DNA of 64,000 nt, from positions 124,001 to 188,000 of IMG/VR virus record IMGVR_UViG_3300028045_000001, one strand, 5' to 3'. This document shows positions 38,373-48,343 of the stretch, piece after piece (positions within the stretch are counted from its first letter, which is position 1; the number at the start of each line of letters is the position of its first letter). The notes under the pieces were generated by a model, which saw only the letters and a list, made by a program, of their open reading frames with translations, did not search any database and was not told the DNA's origin. The position numbers were made by a program, and so were the translations under genes.

Positions 38373-38402
38373 ATAGTCCCCTCAACTAGTTGAGGGGACT
38401 AT
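38373..38402. terminator. perfect 30-bp palindrome
   Basis: ATAGTCCCCTCAACT|AGTTGAGGGGACTAT. Confidence 0.65.
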
Positions 38403-38439
38403 AAACTAATATGTATATAAGACGACAAGGAGCAAGTCT

Positions 38440-39249
38440 ATGTTGCGGATAGTTGCAAAACCTAATGCAATACTAAGTGAGTTGGTTGGGATATGTGTAG
38501 TCACAGATCGTAGGTATGACGATACTCTGTTGTTATCGGATACTCAAACGAATAGAACGGTTTTTAGTGAGCTGTTTATTTCAGAAGAACACCCATGGGC
38601 AAATGGCACTGTGTCCAAATCATTAGAAATAGTAAATGAGTATTTTGCAACTATGAGCGAATTTGAAGAACAACAGTTTGTGCAACTGACGTGCGATATC
38701 GTCAATATATTGCTGTATTCTATGGGAGCTGAAGATATAAATATTAGGGACATGATGGAGTCTATAGGTGACGCAAAGTCGTACTATGAGAAACAAACTG
38801 GAATGTATGATAAATTATGTAGATTCATCAAAAGCAAAAAATATCCATATGAGCCAGATGTGCATAATACATCATCGTTTAAGCGAACAGACGTTGTCGT
38901 ACTGACGGCGTTTATTTTACACACTAAACTATTCCTACCTGTATTGCATATCCTCAATAATTTATGTCGAATGACATCCCAACCAAACAATACGATCGTA
39001 TTACTATCATGTAGGTTTTATACCAATTTTTTTTACAAGCACGGAGCAGCCACGCAAGATAAAATGATCGATTATATTAAAGGGGTATGTGACACAAAAA
39101 AAGAAACTGACGTTGTGTACGAGGTCATGTGTACATTAATTGCGATTCACTTCCCGACCATTTCTATAGATACTTTTGCTACCAACGCCGGGACAATCTT
39201 AAGGACACTAATTAAACTACAAGCAAACAAACTATCGATGAGGGCATGA
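38440..39249 (+). CDS. truncated paralog of the gp68-like nvRNAP specificity subunit (N-terminal half only)
   Basis: Collinear blocks with 39341..40909: NEYFATM/NKFFETF, DKLCRFI/KRIRQFV, ILHTKLFLPVL/IILCKILFPIM, KH..DKMIDYI/KH..IKIDDYI, VMCTL/IMSSL; AAGGAG RBS. Confidence 0.7.
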   Translation: MLRIVAKPNAILSELVGICVVTDRRYDDTLLLSDTQTNRTVFSELFISEEHPWANGTVSKSLEIVNEYFATMSEFEEQQFVQLTCDIVNILLYSMGAEDINIRDMMESIGDAKSYYEKQTGMYDKLCRFIKSKKYPYEPDVHNTSSFKRTDVVVLTAFILHTKLFLPVLHILNNLCRMTSQPNNTIVLLSCRFYTNFFYKHGAATQDKMIDYIKGVCDTKKETDVVYEVMCTLIAIHFPTISIDTFATNAGTILRTLIKLQANKLSMRA

Positions 39250-39253
39250 GTTT

Positions 39254-39286
39254 TCAATCAAATCTTATTTACATATTACAACTATG
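39254..39286 (+). promoter_or_regulatory. early promoter variant upstream of the gp68-like gene
   Basis: TCAAT-N13-CATATTAC-N4-ATG. Confidence 0.6.
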
Positions 39287-39340
39287 AAAAAAGTTTAGAT
39301 ATATACGAAAATATAATTATTTCTAAGGGAGAAAAAAGAG

Positions 39341-40909
39341 ATGCGATATACACATCGTAAATTAATAACTGGGAAGGTGCTTGCATTTATCGATGTCAGT
39401 CCAGAATTAAATATGGAAGATTTTGGTGGCGAGGATGTTCTCACATTTCAAATATCCACATATGGGAACATTAACAAATCAAAGATAAATGAAGCCGCGT
39501 GGAATAATGTATGCTACCCACCAAACAAATTTTTTGAAACATTCGATGTAGATGATTGTAGGAAATTCATCAGTGCTGTGGTTGATGTTAAATTAAACAT
39601 TATGACTTTCTTTGGGGAAGTGGATAACGGCGTAACTGATTTATCGCAACTACCCAAGTTCACTAAGAAATTATCTAACATGCTATTAAAGTTAGACGAA
39701 GAGATAAACTTATGTAAGCGCATACGACAGTTTGTTGACGATGAAGATATTCAAACTGGACTGGCAGAAAAGGTGGAGCTGCGGCCGCAAGATACCAAGG
39801 GACTGACAATAACCCAATTAGAAGCAAAGGACATAATATCTATAATAATACTGTGCAAGATATTATTCCCTATTATGGGCGAAATAATTGGAAGGTTAAA
39901 GCCCAATAATCTTGGAAAGCACCAAGACCCACATTGCAAAGCCATTACGATAGGTATGGTCTCCAAACACTGGAAAAAATTACATATCAAAATAGATGAT
40001 TACATTACTTACTTTGTTGCAAAGGAAACAAACCAAGCCAGGCTACACCATATCTATAATGGTATGAATGAATTAAGTTTGAGCATATTCATCATGTCAA
40101 GTTTATTTGTACGGAATTTTATTAACTACAATTTATTCGACACGAAGGAGAGATCAGTTCCTGGATACGTGCATTCCATCATAAATCATGTAGTAGGAAC
40201 ACAGTCCTCTCAGAGCTATAACAATCGGGTGGCCGAACGAAAGCCGCTCGTGTCCTCGGATGAAGATCCAAACAATGTAGCCGATCTAGAAGTGCACAGT
40301 GTATCAACTAAGGCACAGTTCGATACCTTGGCCATAATAGAGGCATGTATTCCTGACGTATCGAACAAAGCAATGTTGATGTATGAGATAGATACCGAGG
40401 AGGTTGACTCGGCATGTGCGTATCATCTAAAGAACCCAATTGAACCGAACATACTGACCACTTCATTACTGGCCGGGTTTTATAAATCATGGATGTCTGG
40501 TAAAAATATTAAATATTTAAATAATATCTCGTATACCCGTTTGGCGATCATACTTCAGTTTATCCTGATAGAGCAGAATAAATTCGAATTAGCTACGATG
40601 CTGACTTCTTTGACAACAGGGGTTATAAAGCCAATCGAGGGTATACCGATGCAGCAACTTAGGGCACACAATCAGAATTATAATTTGATAGAGCAGGAGT
40701 TCAGTACGAAGCAAGGGGCGACAGCAGAAAAGATGTGGAGAGATCACGTTACAAAAATAATAGAAACCCTTACGACAAGGGAATTCTTAATGAACATGTA
40801 CTATAAACTGTATGATACAATGAAGATGGAGAATTTAAATGGGCGCAAAATTTCTATAAAGAAGGACATCATGTTTCAATTTTATGAATTTATATCAGAG
40901 ATGCTGTAA
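39341..40909 (+). CDS. nvRNAP promoter-specificity (sigma-like) subunit, phiKZ gp68-like
   Basis: 522 aa, helical, IILCKILFPIMGE motif; synteny ChmC-gp68-gp69-gp70. Confidence 0.75.
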   Translation: MRYTHRKLITGKVLAFIDVSPELNMEDFGGEDVLTFQISTYGNINKSKINEAAWNNVCYPPNKFFETFDVDDCRKFISAVVDVKLNIMTFFGEVDNGVTDLSQLPKFTKKLSNMLLKLDEEINLCKRIRQFVDDEDIQTGLAEKVELRPQDTKGLTITQLEAKDIISIIILCKILFPIMGEIIGRLKPNNLGKHQDPHCKAITIGMVSKHWKKLHIKIDDYITYFVAKETNQARLHHIYNGMNELSLSIFIMSSLFVRNFINYNLFDTKERSVPGYVHSIINHVVGTQSSQSYNNRVAERKPLVSSDEDPNNVADLEVHSVSTKAQFDTLAIIEACIPDVSNKAMLMYEIDTEEVDSACAYHLKNPIEPNILTTSLLAGFYKSWMSGKNIKYLNNISYTRLAIILQFILIEQNKFELATMLTSLTTGVIKPIEGIPMQQLRAHNQNYNLIEQEFSTKQGATAEKMWRDHVTKIIETLTTREFLMNMYYKLYDTMKMENLNGRKISIKKDIMFQFYEFISEML

Positions 40910-40924
40910 ACACGAGGGGTCTAT

Positions 40925-42058
40925 ATGGACATAATCGGGTACATAAGTAAAGTTAAAAATGCTTGCATATCCTCCTATAGAGAAATGTGGCTGAGCGACG
41001 ATTTTACTTGCAGAGGACATGACGTGCACGTACCAGAATTATTTAAATTTAAATCTATAGGAGTATTATATGGCGTTATTGTAGAACGCACCTTCCTGTC
41101 ACTACAAAATCCTTTCTGTAAAAAGAAAGTACCGATATTCCCAATAGAAGCAGTGTACCATTATCCACATGATTCAGATACTGTGCGGATACTATACATA
41201 GGGCACATTGGTAGACTATTGGATATGCTGGACGACAATAGTGGCGAGTTGTATAAATCCTTGAATGAACTCATATTCGACTTTATAGGTCAGTATGACC
41301 AAGAAGATAATAGTCCAACTGTAATCGATTTAGAAAAATACTATAGGTCAGATACATTGGATAATGTATCTTACCATATTGACAATTTGTATACAGCGGT
41401 GACGCATTCATTTAAATCCAACTATAAGCCAGAAGGCTTCAATATAAGGAGTATGGGAGATAGGCAAGTAATTCCGGAAATATTAGAAGAGTGTATGGTT
41501 GAGTTGCCAATTAACGATAGGGTTGGCTCTACGCTATCTGTGATGGACCGTGTTACAAATAAAACCAGATGCTTGGGTCACATATTTTGTGGCCGTAGTG
41601 AAAGTAAGTTTAGATCCTTCATGCGGCCCCATGCATTACTTAATGCCGGAGATAACGATGTTATCCAAGACATATCATCGAACGAGGATGTGGATTTATA
41701 CGCTATAGCACAGTACATCCATGTCCATTATTATACGGATATATATGTCGTCATATCGAATAACTATGTCGATGTAAAGAGTCTCTATTCTTATATATTC
41801 GATACTGAGTTTATGGGGGAGTATGGAAAGAAACATTATAAGGCAGATCGTTTCCGAAGAGGGCTGTGGGAGACTATTGCACATAACACCTCATCGGCCA
41901 TTTCTCGTGATACTAAAATAACAATCCATAAAAATTCATATGATGAGCAATCATATGTTTTTAAGTTCTTAAATAAGTACGGAAATGTGGTTGAGCAAAA
42001 GTATTTTATAGATGGCCATCTCCTACAGCTGACATCACGCTCAATCATGCACATATAA
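40925..42058 (+). CDS. phiKZ gp69-like protein (PicA/Imp1 nuclear import factor by synteny)
   Basis: 377 aa directly after the gp68-like gene; assignment by conserved gene order only. Confidence 0.5.
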   Translation: MDIIGYISKVKNACISSYREMWLSDDFTCRGHDVHVPELFKFKSIGVLYGVIVERTFLSLQNPFCKKKVPIFPIEAVYHYPHDSDTVRILYIGHIGRLLDMLDDNSGELYKSLNELIFDFIGQYDQEDNSPTVIDLEKYYRSDTLDNVSYHIDNLYTAVTHSFKSNYKPEGFNIRSMGDRQVIPEILEECMVELPINDRVGSTLSVMDRVTNKTRCLGHIFCGRSESKFRSFMRPHALLNAGDNDVIQDISSNEDVDLYAIAQYIHVHYYTDIYVVISNNYVDVKSLYSYIFDTEFMGEYGKKHYKADRFRRGLWETIAHNTSSAISRDTKITIHKNSYDEQSYVFKFLNKYGNVVEQKYFIDGHLLQLTSRSIMHI

Positions 42059-42082
42059 ATAAATTCAATGAGTTATTATTTA

Positions 42083-42090
42083 TATATTAC
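42083..42090 (+). promoter_or_regulatory. early promoter
   Basis: TCAAT (42065)-N13-TATATTAC. Confidence 0.65.
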
Positions 42091-42150
42091 ATACAAAGAC
42101 AACCATATAAAACTTCGTATGTTTACAACAAGAATCAAAAGGAGGGAATT

Positions 42151-43920
42151 ATGAGTAGTGGCATGCCTAGAGCCCCAATAACTGTGGCACCTATACCTGT
42201 TGCGGGAGAGATGTCTAATCACATGCAGACAGATATACGTACCCTAAATGCAACATTAATGGTGACTTCGCCAAGTAGCCATGGCGATATTATTGTCAGG
42301 CCCATACAATACGATTTTGGAGAAAAAGTTATAAATAGTATACACAATGCTATGGATGCCAATGCGGATTTAAGTAGGGCAACGCTTTCTGGGAGAGATC
42401 CAGTTATAGCGTCCGCCATACTTCCATCAAGTAATGGTATAGAGATGAACGCATCGCAGATCGCGGATCTGTGGTCATTTACACTCATGATCGATAATCC
42501 ACGAGAAGGATTCCGGGTACCCGGTAGTGACTCGAATGCGCCAACTGGCCAACGATCGACTTATACTGGATATGTTATCGGCGAACCGTTAAGTCTCGCA
42601 ACAAACGTAAGAAATCCGGATGCGATCTATATATCCACACATCTGAATAAAATATCCATATCCGAAAGCATTCTAAATGTTGGACATGCTGTAACAACAC
42701 ATATAACGACAGATGATGATATCATCCCAAACATGACGCAGCAGTATTACAAGGATGATTTAATGTTGTTATCTCCGGGCGATATGTATAGAGCATCTTA
42801 TATAGATGAAGATACTATGACTGGAGGCAACATCAATAATGCTGCTGTAAGTACGAATACTCCGAGTTGCTCAATAGGAATGACCTCCCTGCAATCTGCG
42901 CCGACATTTCATATGGATGGCATAGTCTCATCTGTCCATAGAACAATGTCCGACATAAATCACAGTCACAGTATGGAGAGTTCTATATTGCACCATAACA
43001 TTATGTCACCGCAGGACTCATTCAGGCAAGGTTTTTCTGACCAACTGTATTCTGCAGGTATTGGCAATCGTGTAAGACCGGGGGTTATCAATGGGATAGA
43101 TCACACTAAGCCCATCACTATGCGCGAGCTTGAGGCCGCCTATCCGCACATGGTGGTTATTCCAATAGTGAGGGATAGCGAGGTTCAGGAAGATGTTCGA
43201 TCGCAGGCGGGGGCCTCGCCACAAAATGTATTCTCTTCGATGGTTTCAACAACCATATCTGCAATTTGTGGACACCTCGGCATATCAAATGTTTCATTTA
43301 CATATGGATCTTGGATAGCTAACCTGCGGAGTTTAGGTGAAAATGGCATGTGGGAAATGCTTTCTTTCGGAACAATTGTTCCGAAAGCTGGTCAGGAACT
43401 TGAAGCATTACTGGGTACATTTAAAAGTCAATTAAATTCTGCCCTGTTCCAAGTACTGCTACACCAAAATGGGGATTTCTGGATTTCTGTTCAGTACTCA
43501 TCCATAGGAGACATAATCATTGACTTACAATTCAACGATTATAACGTGATATCTGGCCTATATGTAACATCTGCCAATCTTGGCGGCCTAAGTAAAGCAG
43601 CTATGGGCAACATAAATTCATTCGATCACAATGCCACATACTTAAGTATGCTCGCAGGCGCAATGGGCGGTATGTCTTCAGAGGTACCTCCGATGGAGGA
43701 CAGCTATCAAAGTCAGATATTCCAATCAAGTGGCCAGGTAGCTCCAGTCTCCCCACAGATCGCATCTGCTCACGTACATCCAGATTACAGAGTCACCCAA
43801 CAAGCACCAATAGTGTCGGATCACCATATTCCACATAACAATCAACAGGAGGCTCCTCCAGTAACGGGCAGGCGTTCACTGTTAGGTGGTAACGTATTAA
43901 GGTCTCCGTTGTTAAAATAA
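42151..43920 (+). CDS. phiKZ gp70-like conserved core protein
   Basis: 589 aa after the gp69-like gene; Pro/Gln-rich disordered C-terminus; AGGAGG RBS. Confidence 0.55.
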   Translation: MSSGMPRAPITVAPIPVAGEMSNHMQTDIRTLNATLMVTSPSSHGDIIVRPIQYDFGEKVINSIHNAMDANADLSRATLSGRDPVIASAILPSSNGIEMNASQIADLWSFTLMIDNPREGFRVPGSDSNAPTGQRSTYTGYVIGEPLSLATNVRNPDAIYISTHLNKISISESILNVGHAVTTHITTDDDIIPNMTQQYYKDDLMLLSPGDMYRASYIDEDTMTGGNINNAAVSTNTPSCSIGMTSLQSAPTFHMDGIVSSVHRTMSDINHSHSMESSILHHNIMSPQDSFRQGFSDQLYSAGIGNRVRPGVINGIDHTKPITMRELEAAYPHMVVIPIVRDSEVQEDVRSQAGASPQNVFSSMVSTTISAICGHLGISNVSFTYGSWIANLRSLGENGMWEMLSFGTIVPKAGQELEALLGTFKSQLNSALFQVLLHQNGDFWISVQYSSIGDIIIDLQFNDYNVISGLYVTSANLGGLSKAAMGNINSFDHNATYLSMLAGAMGGMSSEVPPMEDSYQSQIFQSSGQVAPVSPQIASAHVHPDYRVTQQAPIVSDHHIPHNNQQEAPPVTGRRSLLGGNVLRSPLLK

Positions 43921-43949
43921 AATTACTTAATTTAAAAGGAGTGTGTTGT

Positions 43950-45020
43950 ATGAAAAAGAAAATAGATGACGCCGATGTCACCAGTTATATAGAGCATCTG
44001 GTCAGTATAAGTGGGGCAGCCAGTGTCAGCGAGGACTTCACCGTTTTAGATCACCACGGACAAGAAATGCTATTTGATAAGAAACCAGCAAAGATATTTA
44101 GTACTCAGTTAGTAGCTGGCGACTATCACTTATTAAATCCATTTAAAGAGACGGCCATAATCACAGCGCCTCAAAAGTGGCTAACCAATATGTTGACCTC
44201 TACGCTTGAGGAACACATCAAAGCCATTATCCTTGACGTCATTGCTACCATATCGGATACAGATGCAGAGGTGCCAACTGAAAAATTAAAATTGACTTCT
44301 AAATTCGTAAAGGATGTCACCAAGAATTCATTGGCCCAAGCTAAAAAGATTCTTGGGGTGAGGGGAGCCACAGTATCTGCGTACTTTGAAAATAAGGCAA
44401 AGACTGGCCAGCTCCAAACGAGATTGTTTGATGAGGGGTTCAGAGTAGAGTTTAGTAAAACCGTTTCAAATAAAAACTGGGAATTGGTCCAGGGTTTATT
44501 TTGTGAGATCGTTGGAACAAATGATTTCCACAAAGTGTACCAAGAAAAATCTACTGTAGTAGGCATGGCAAAATTTGAAACATTTATTAAGTTATTTGCA
44601 AGACTCATGGAAAGAATAGATCCATTTATAATTGAATGGATCGATACTAGCATGCAGCCAGCATTGCTAAATGAGATTTGTTCAAATCTGACACTTTGCC
44701 AAAAGCTGTCGGCATACATGGTCATACCGACGCCAAAGGATTCCAAAGAAAAGCCAAGTAATGCAGCTCCCTGGAATCGATTACCGGTCTCCAAACCATC
44801 ATCCGTTAGATCACTCATGGGGCGCACGACAATCCCTGCAGTAGCGACCCCAGCACCCAGGCCTACAATTGCTGTCGGTGGTAACACAACGCGTCAAGTC
44901 GCTACTGATCAACCAAAACTGATACTCAGTTCAGGTACAGGAGAGGCTCACCGTCCTATGCCTCCATTGCCACCGCATGTAAGGAAGAATATATCTGGGG
45001 TTACTAACATTCTAAGGTAG
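43950..45020 (+). CDS. hypothetical protein with Pro-rich C-terminal tail
   Basis: AAGGAG RBS before ATG 43950; followed by hairpin. Confidence 0.7.
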   Translation: MKKKIDDADVTSYIEHLVSISGAASVSEDFTVLDHHGQEMLFDKKPAKIFSTQLVAGDYHLLNPFKETAIITAPQKWLTNMLTSTLEEHIKAIILDVIATISDTDAEVPTEKLKLTSKFVKDVTKNSLAQAKKILGVRGATVSAYFENKAKTGQLQTRLFDEGFRVEFSKTVSNKNWELVQGLFCEIVGTNDFHKVYQEKSTVVGMAKFETFIKLFARLMERIDPFIIEWIDTSMQPALLNEICSNLTLCQKLSAYMVIPTPKDSKEKPSNAAPWNRLPVSKPSSVRSLMGRTTIPAVATPAPRPTIAVGGNTTRQVATDQPKLILSSGTGEAHRPMPPLPPHVRKNISGVTNILR

Positions 45021-45125
45021 CCCTATCCCACCATAGATGGTTGGTCATCTATGGTGGGGTATTTTTATAGACAGTAACATCTCATAGCCGTATATCGATT
45101 TTAAAGGGGGTCGTTCGATTAGCAA

Positions 45126-45800
45126 GTGAGCACACATTACTGCGGAGGTGGTATAATGCTAATACTTAAAGGTTGCAATTTAACAAATTTATTTAATACA
45201 ATGTTACACTGTAAGGTTATAACTACACAGTTAAACTCAGTGTGCCACACACCTAGACTTGCTGAACTATGGCAATCTACTGATCAGTGTAAGGCGATTA
45301 ATTCTGGTCACCATAGAAGGCGCTTTAGGGGGTGTATAGTTGGGTATAACTCTGTGGATCACGAGTATATATTTGTCAATATGTGGGATAACAATGGACA
45401 CCCAGTGGTAAGATATAATCTGATTGGGGCATCCAGTAACTGTAGTGAACTCATACCGTTAACTGATAAATTTATTGGGGCCATCATGCAATATGGTATA
45501 GGTACTTGCCCAGTAAAGACGTTGTTGTTTAAGACTGATAAGGGAGGATATTACATTAAAGAATTGAATGTTAAGCAGACCTTTCATAAGATCACTACAC
45601 ATAAAATCCTATACCCAAATACAAACAATCCATTGCGTCTACTTGATAATAAGTGGGCGGTTAAGAACACATCAAATCCAGATGTTAGACTTATTGTGTG
45701 CAAGGATTGGAAAGTCTTTTATGTAAGAAGAATGAATGGCGGGACATATAAGGTCTCATATAAATGTGTAGTTCAAAAGGAACGCAGTAGTCGTAGATAA
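45126..45800 (+). CDS. hypothetical protein
   Basis: 224-aa ORF; GGAGG suggests a start at the internal ATG near 45156. Confidence 0.6.
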   Translation: MSTHYCGGGIMLILKGCNLTNLFNTMLHCKVITTQLNSVCHTPRLAELWQSTDQCKAINSGHHRRRFRGCIVGYNSVDHEYIFVNMWDNNGHPVVRYNLIGASSNCSELIPLTDKFIGAIMQYGIGTCPVKTLLFKTDKGGYYIKELNVKQTFHKITTHKILYPNTNNPLRLLDNKWAVKNTSNPDVRLIVCKDWKVFYVRRMNGGTYKVSYKCVVQKERSSRR

Positions 45801-45883
45801 TGTAGTTGACCAAGATACCAAGTTTAAAGATTGCGGATTTAAATTATTTTTTTTTCTGCAGCGTGTACCGAAGGAGATCGTAT

Positions 45884-46111
45884 ATGAAAAATATTACTTA
45901 CATTCCAAAAGAAGATACAAGTGATAGTGGAGAAATAGACCCAATGGATTTAATGTCTCCACATAGTAATCATAATGTGGATAGTATAAAAAAAATAATC
46001 CGTGACACTGAGATATGTCCAAATTGTGGAGGAGTGGTTCGAGATAAAAATATCGCTGCTAACAATAGAGATGCCGTCAAGGCTGAGTGGGGAGGATGTC
46101 CAAACTATTAA
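45884..46111 (+). CDS. small Zn-ribbon-like protein
   Basis: AAGGAG RBS; CPNCGG...GGCPNY. Confidence 0.55.
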   Translation: MKNITYIPKEDTSDSGEIDPMDLMSPHSNHNVDSIKKIIRDTEICPNCGGVVRDKNIAANNRDAVKAEWGGCPNY

Positions 46112-46184
46112 TCGCCTGTCAATTATTTTGATTTATATATTACTTTTATGAAGACTAAAACTATTCTTTTAATAAAGGGAGAAA

Positions 46185-46391
46185 ATGTATATTTTGGATA
46201 ATTTAAAACGAAACTATTTGATATGTATCGTTCTTGTCGCAATAACAATTGTAGGTGTCTTTGCATTGGTTGGATTTGTACCTGGACTGTTGGTTTCAAT
46301 ACTCTCAGGAGCGGTAACGCTGGTGATATACGCGCTCTCACAGATGCACTCTATCAACAAGCGGCTGTTAAGCGGTGCCGCAGAAGATTAA
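46185..46391 (+). CDS. small membrane protein
   Basis: Own early promoter (46119-46143); two hydrophobic segments; hairpin terminator after. Confidence 0.7.
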   Translation: MYILDNLKRNYLICIVLVAITIVGVFALVGFVPGLLVSILSGAVTLVIYALSQMHSINKRLLSGAAED

Positions 46392-46602
46392 GGGAAGCAT
46401 ATTGGTAATCCATAACTCATACTACTCTGCTCACATGCAGAGTAGTATGTAGTTGCGGTATCCACTGTTTATCAATACGTTTCAGTTATATATTACTATT
46501 ATGTAATATCGGGTACTGATCTTCTTAACGTTTGCTTTAACAAGAAACCTAAGGTAGATCTTATTTTTTGTTTGTTTTAATAAATTAGGAGAAAATTTAA
46601 AT

Positions 46603-46881
46603 ATGCTTACGAGAGTAGTTAACTTTTATTTGAGGGCATTTACTTTTTATGCTGCAGGACCAGAGAAACTATTTGAATCGATAAGGCGTTGGTGTCGGTC
46701 AGAACACTGGTCATATAAATTCGTAGGATTAGGACAGATGGTCTCTATGGCCTTCACAATTATCATGCTCATTTCAAATGTTATACAGCCAACATTAAAT
46801 AGTGTTTTATTCATGTTCTTTTACATAATAATTTACTATAGTTATCTGTTTTTTCTTATTGAACAATACCAACAAACGTAG
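46603..46881 (+). CDS. small membrane protein
   Basis: Own early promoter (46472-46496); AGGAG RBS; hydrophobic C-terminal half. Confidence 0.7.
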   Translation: MLTRVVNFYLRAFTFYAAGPEKLFESIRRWCRSEHWSYKFVGLGQMVSMAFTIIMLISNVIQPTLNSVLFMFFYIIIYYSYLFFLIEQYQQT

Positions 46882-46955
46882 CATGTAAATAATAGGGGTA
46901 GCTCATTTGAGCTACCCCTATTTACTTGCCTATTTTATTTTTTAACCTAATGCGT

Positions 46956-47044
46956 TTCAATTAGTTTCACTTATATATTACTAAAACGAATAGGATAAGT
47001 TATATCGCCTGATTCATCGAGTGGGTGCACGACTGACTTGACTT
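46956..47044 (+). repeat. early promoter plus conserved 5' leader, copy 2 of 3
   Basis: TTCAATTAGTTTCACTTATATATTACTAAAACGAATAGGATAAGTTATATCGCCTGATTCATCGAGTGGGTGC. Confidence 0.85.
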
Positions 47045-47105
47045 ATTGTAAATAAACCCAAAACTTTAAATTTACCTTATATCTACATAATGGGAGGAAC
47101 TAATT

Positions 47106-47516
47106 ATGTTTGATAAAATAAAAGAATTATTAAGAACGATTTATAAGTACGTGGTTATTTTGCCATCTACAATTGCGTTTTTGATGATTAAGTCGTGCGC
47201 ACAAGCAACCATTCTATTTATGAATACTCTATATGGGTTCATTACGTCTACACGTATATCAGAACAGTTCGTTGGTGGCTTTCATGGCATTTCTATGGTC
47301 ACCATGATTGTTGGAGTAGGCATATGGACAATTACTGGCACATTACCGCCGCTGGCACTGGGTCTTATAATTGGCTACGTTCAAGTGATCGTTGTTTATG
47401 CGATATTAATTTACGCTGTCCCGGCATTGAGGCGAATGTATTACTATAGAGGTAGGTCAGCTACTAACAAAGCCAAACCGGCTGCTAACCGAACAACGCC
47501 AGCATTTGCATACTAA
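47106..47516 (+). CDS. membrane protein
   Basis: GGAGG RBS; several hydrophobic segments; SEQFVGGFHGISMVTMIV resembles SYKFVGLGQMVSMAFTII of 46603..46881. Confidence 0.75.
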   Translation: MFDKIKELLRTIYKYVVILPSTIAFLMIKSCAQATILFMNTLYGFITSTRISEQFVGGFHGISMVTMIVGVGIWTITGTLPPLALGLIIGYVQVIVVYAILIYAVPALRRMYYYRGRSATNKAKPAANRTTPAFAY

Positions 47517-47525
47517 ATGCCACAT

Positions 47526-47561
47526 CACCAGCTATCTTGTACATGTACAAGATAGCTGGTG
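47526..47561. terminator. perfect 36-bp palindrome
   Basis: CACCAGCTATCTTGTACA|TGTACAAGATAGCTGGTG followed by a T-rich tract. Confidence 0.7.
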
Positions 47562-47599
47562 GGCATATTTAGTTTTTTTTATTCTTAACCAGGTTGTCG

Positions 47600-47702
47600 T
47601 TCGAACTGTTTCACTTATATATTACTATAACGAATAGGATAAGTTATATCGCCTGATTCATCGAAGTAGGTGCAGTATTGACTTGGCTTCAGTCGACAAG
47701 AG
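47600..47702 (+). repeat. early promoter plus conserved 5' leader, copy 3 of 3
   Basis: 66 nt identical to copy 1; the 3' part ATTGACTTGGCTTCAGTCGACAAGAG is also conserved. Confidence 0.9.
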
Positions 47703-47748
47703 TGGAATTATGTTTAAACAAAATATTTACAGAGAGAGAGGTGAGCCA

Positions 47749-48075
47749 ATGAAAAACTTTTTTAAAGGACTTTTGAAATACCTAAAAAGTTTACTTGGAA
47801 GCACTCTATTTTTCGCGCCGCTTGTATGTGCTACATATGCAGTAGTTATTTGTGAGCCAACCTGGAAAATAGTTGCTGCCGTATTAGCCGTCGCCTACGT
47901 CATGTCTGTTGCCTATCTTTGGCAAATGGATGTAGTAGGAGATAGCGTCATTGTATCCGCTCCAGATTATGTTGAAGACGACATGGCCGATGACAAATAC
48001 CCAATCAATAAGTCAGCCAAGTCACCTAAGACTAAAAAATCAGGAACTAAAACAAATAGTAAGGCTACTAAGTAA
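47749..48075 (+). CDS. small membrane protein, paralog of 20727..21041
   Basis: GAGGTG RBS before ATG 47749; basic C-terminal tail. Confidence 0.75.
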   Translation: MKNFFKGLLKYLKSLLGSTLFFAPLVCATYAVVICEPTWKIVAAVLAVAYVMSVAYLWQMDVVGDSVIVSAPDYVEDDMADDKYPINKSAKSPKTKKSGTKTNSKATK

Positions 48076-48157
48076 CCTTACTAAAAAATAGTTATTCGGC
48101 CGACGGGGTATTAACCTATCTCCGTCGGCCGCGTCACTTACGAAGGGGGGACTTTAA

Positions 48158-48274
48158 ATGGAAAATATATTATACCATTTAGAAGAGATGGCCAAGTTGA
48201 TGACACATGTGGCTAAAGAAGCAGTAGCTATCATAGTCGCATTTAATTGGCATCAACATTAACCGGTGCGTAGG
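48158..48274 (+). CDS. putative 38-aa peptide
   Basis: AAGGGGGG upstream of ATG; MENILYHLEEMAKLMTHVAKEAVAIIVAFNWASTLTGA. Confidence 0.35.
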
Positions 48275-48343
48275 ACTATTCTTTTGTTGAATGTTTGATT
48301 TTTGGTAACAGCTCTGTAGATACAAAATGAGAGGAGGTATATC

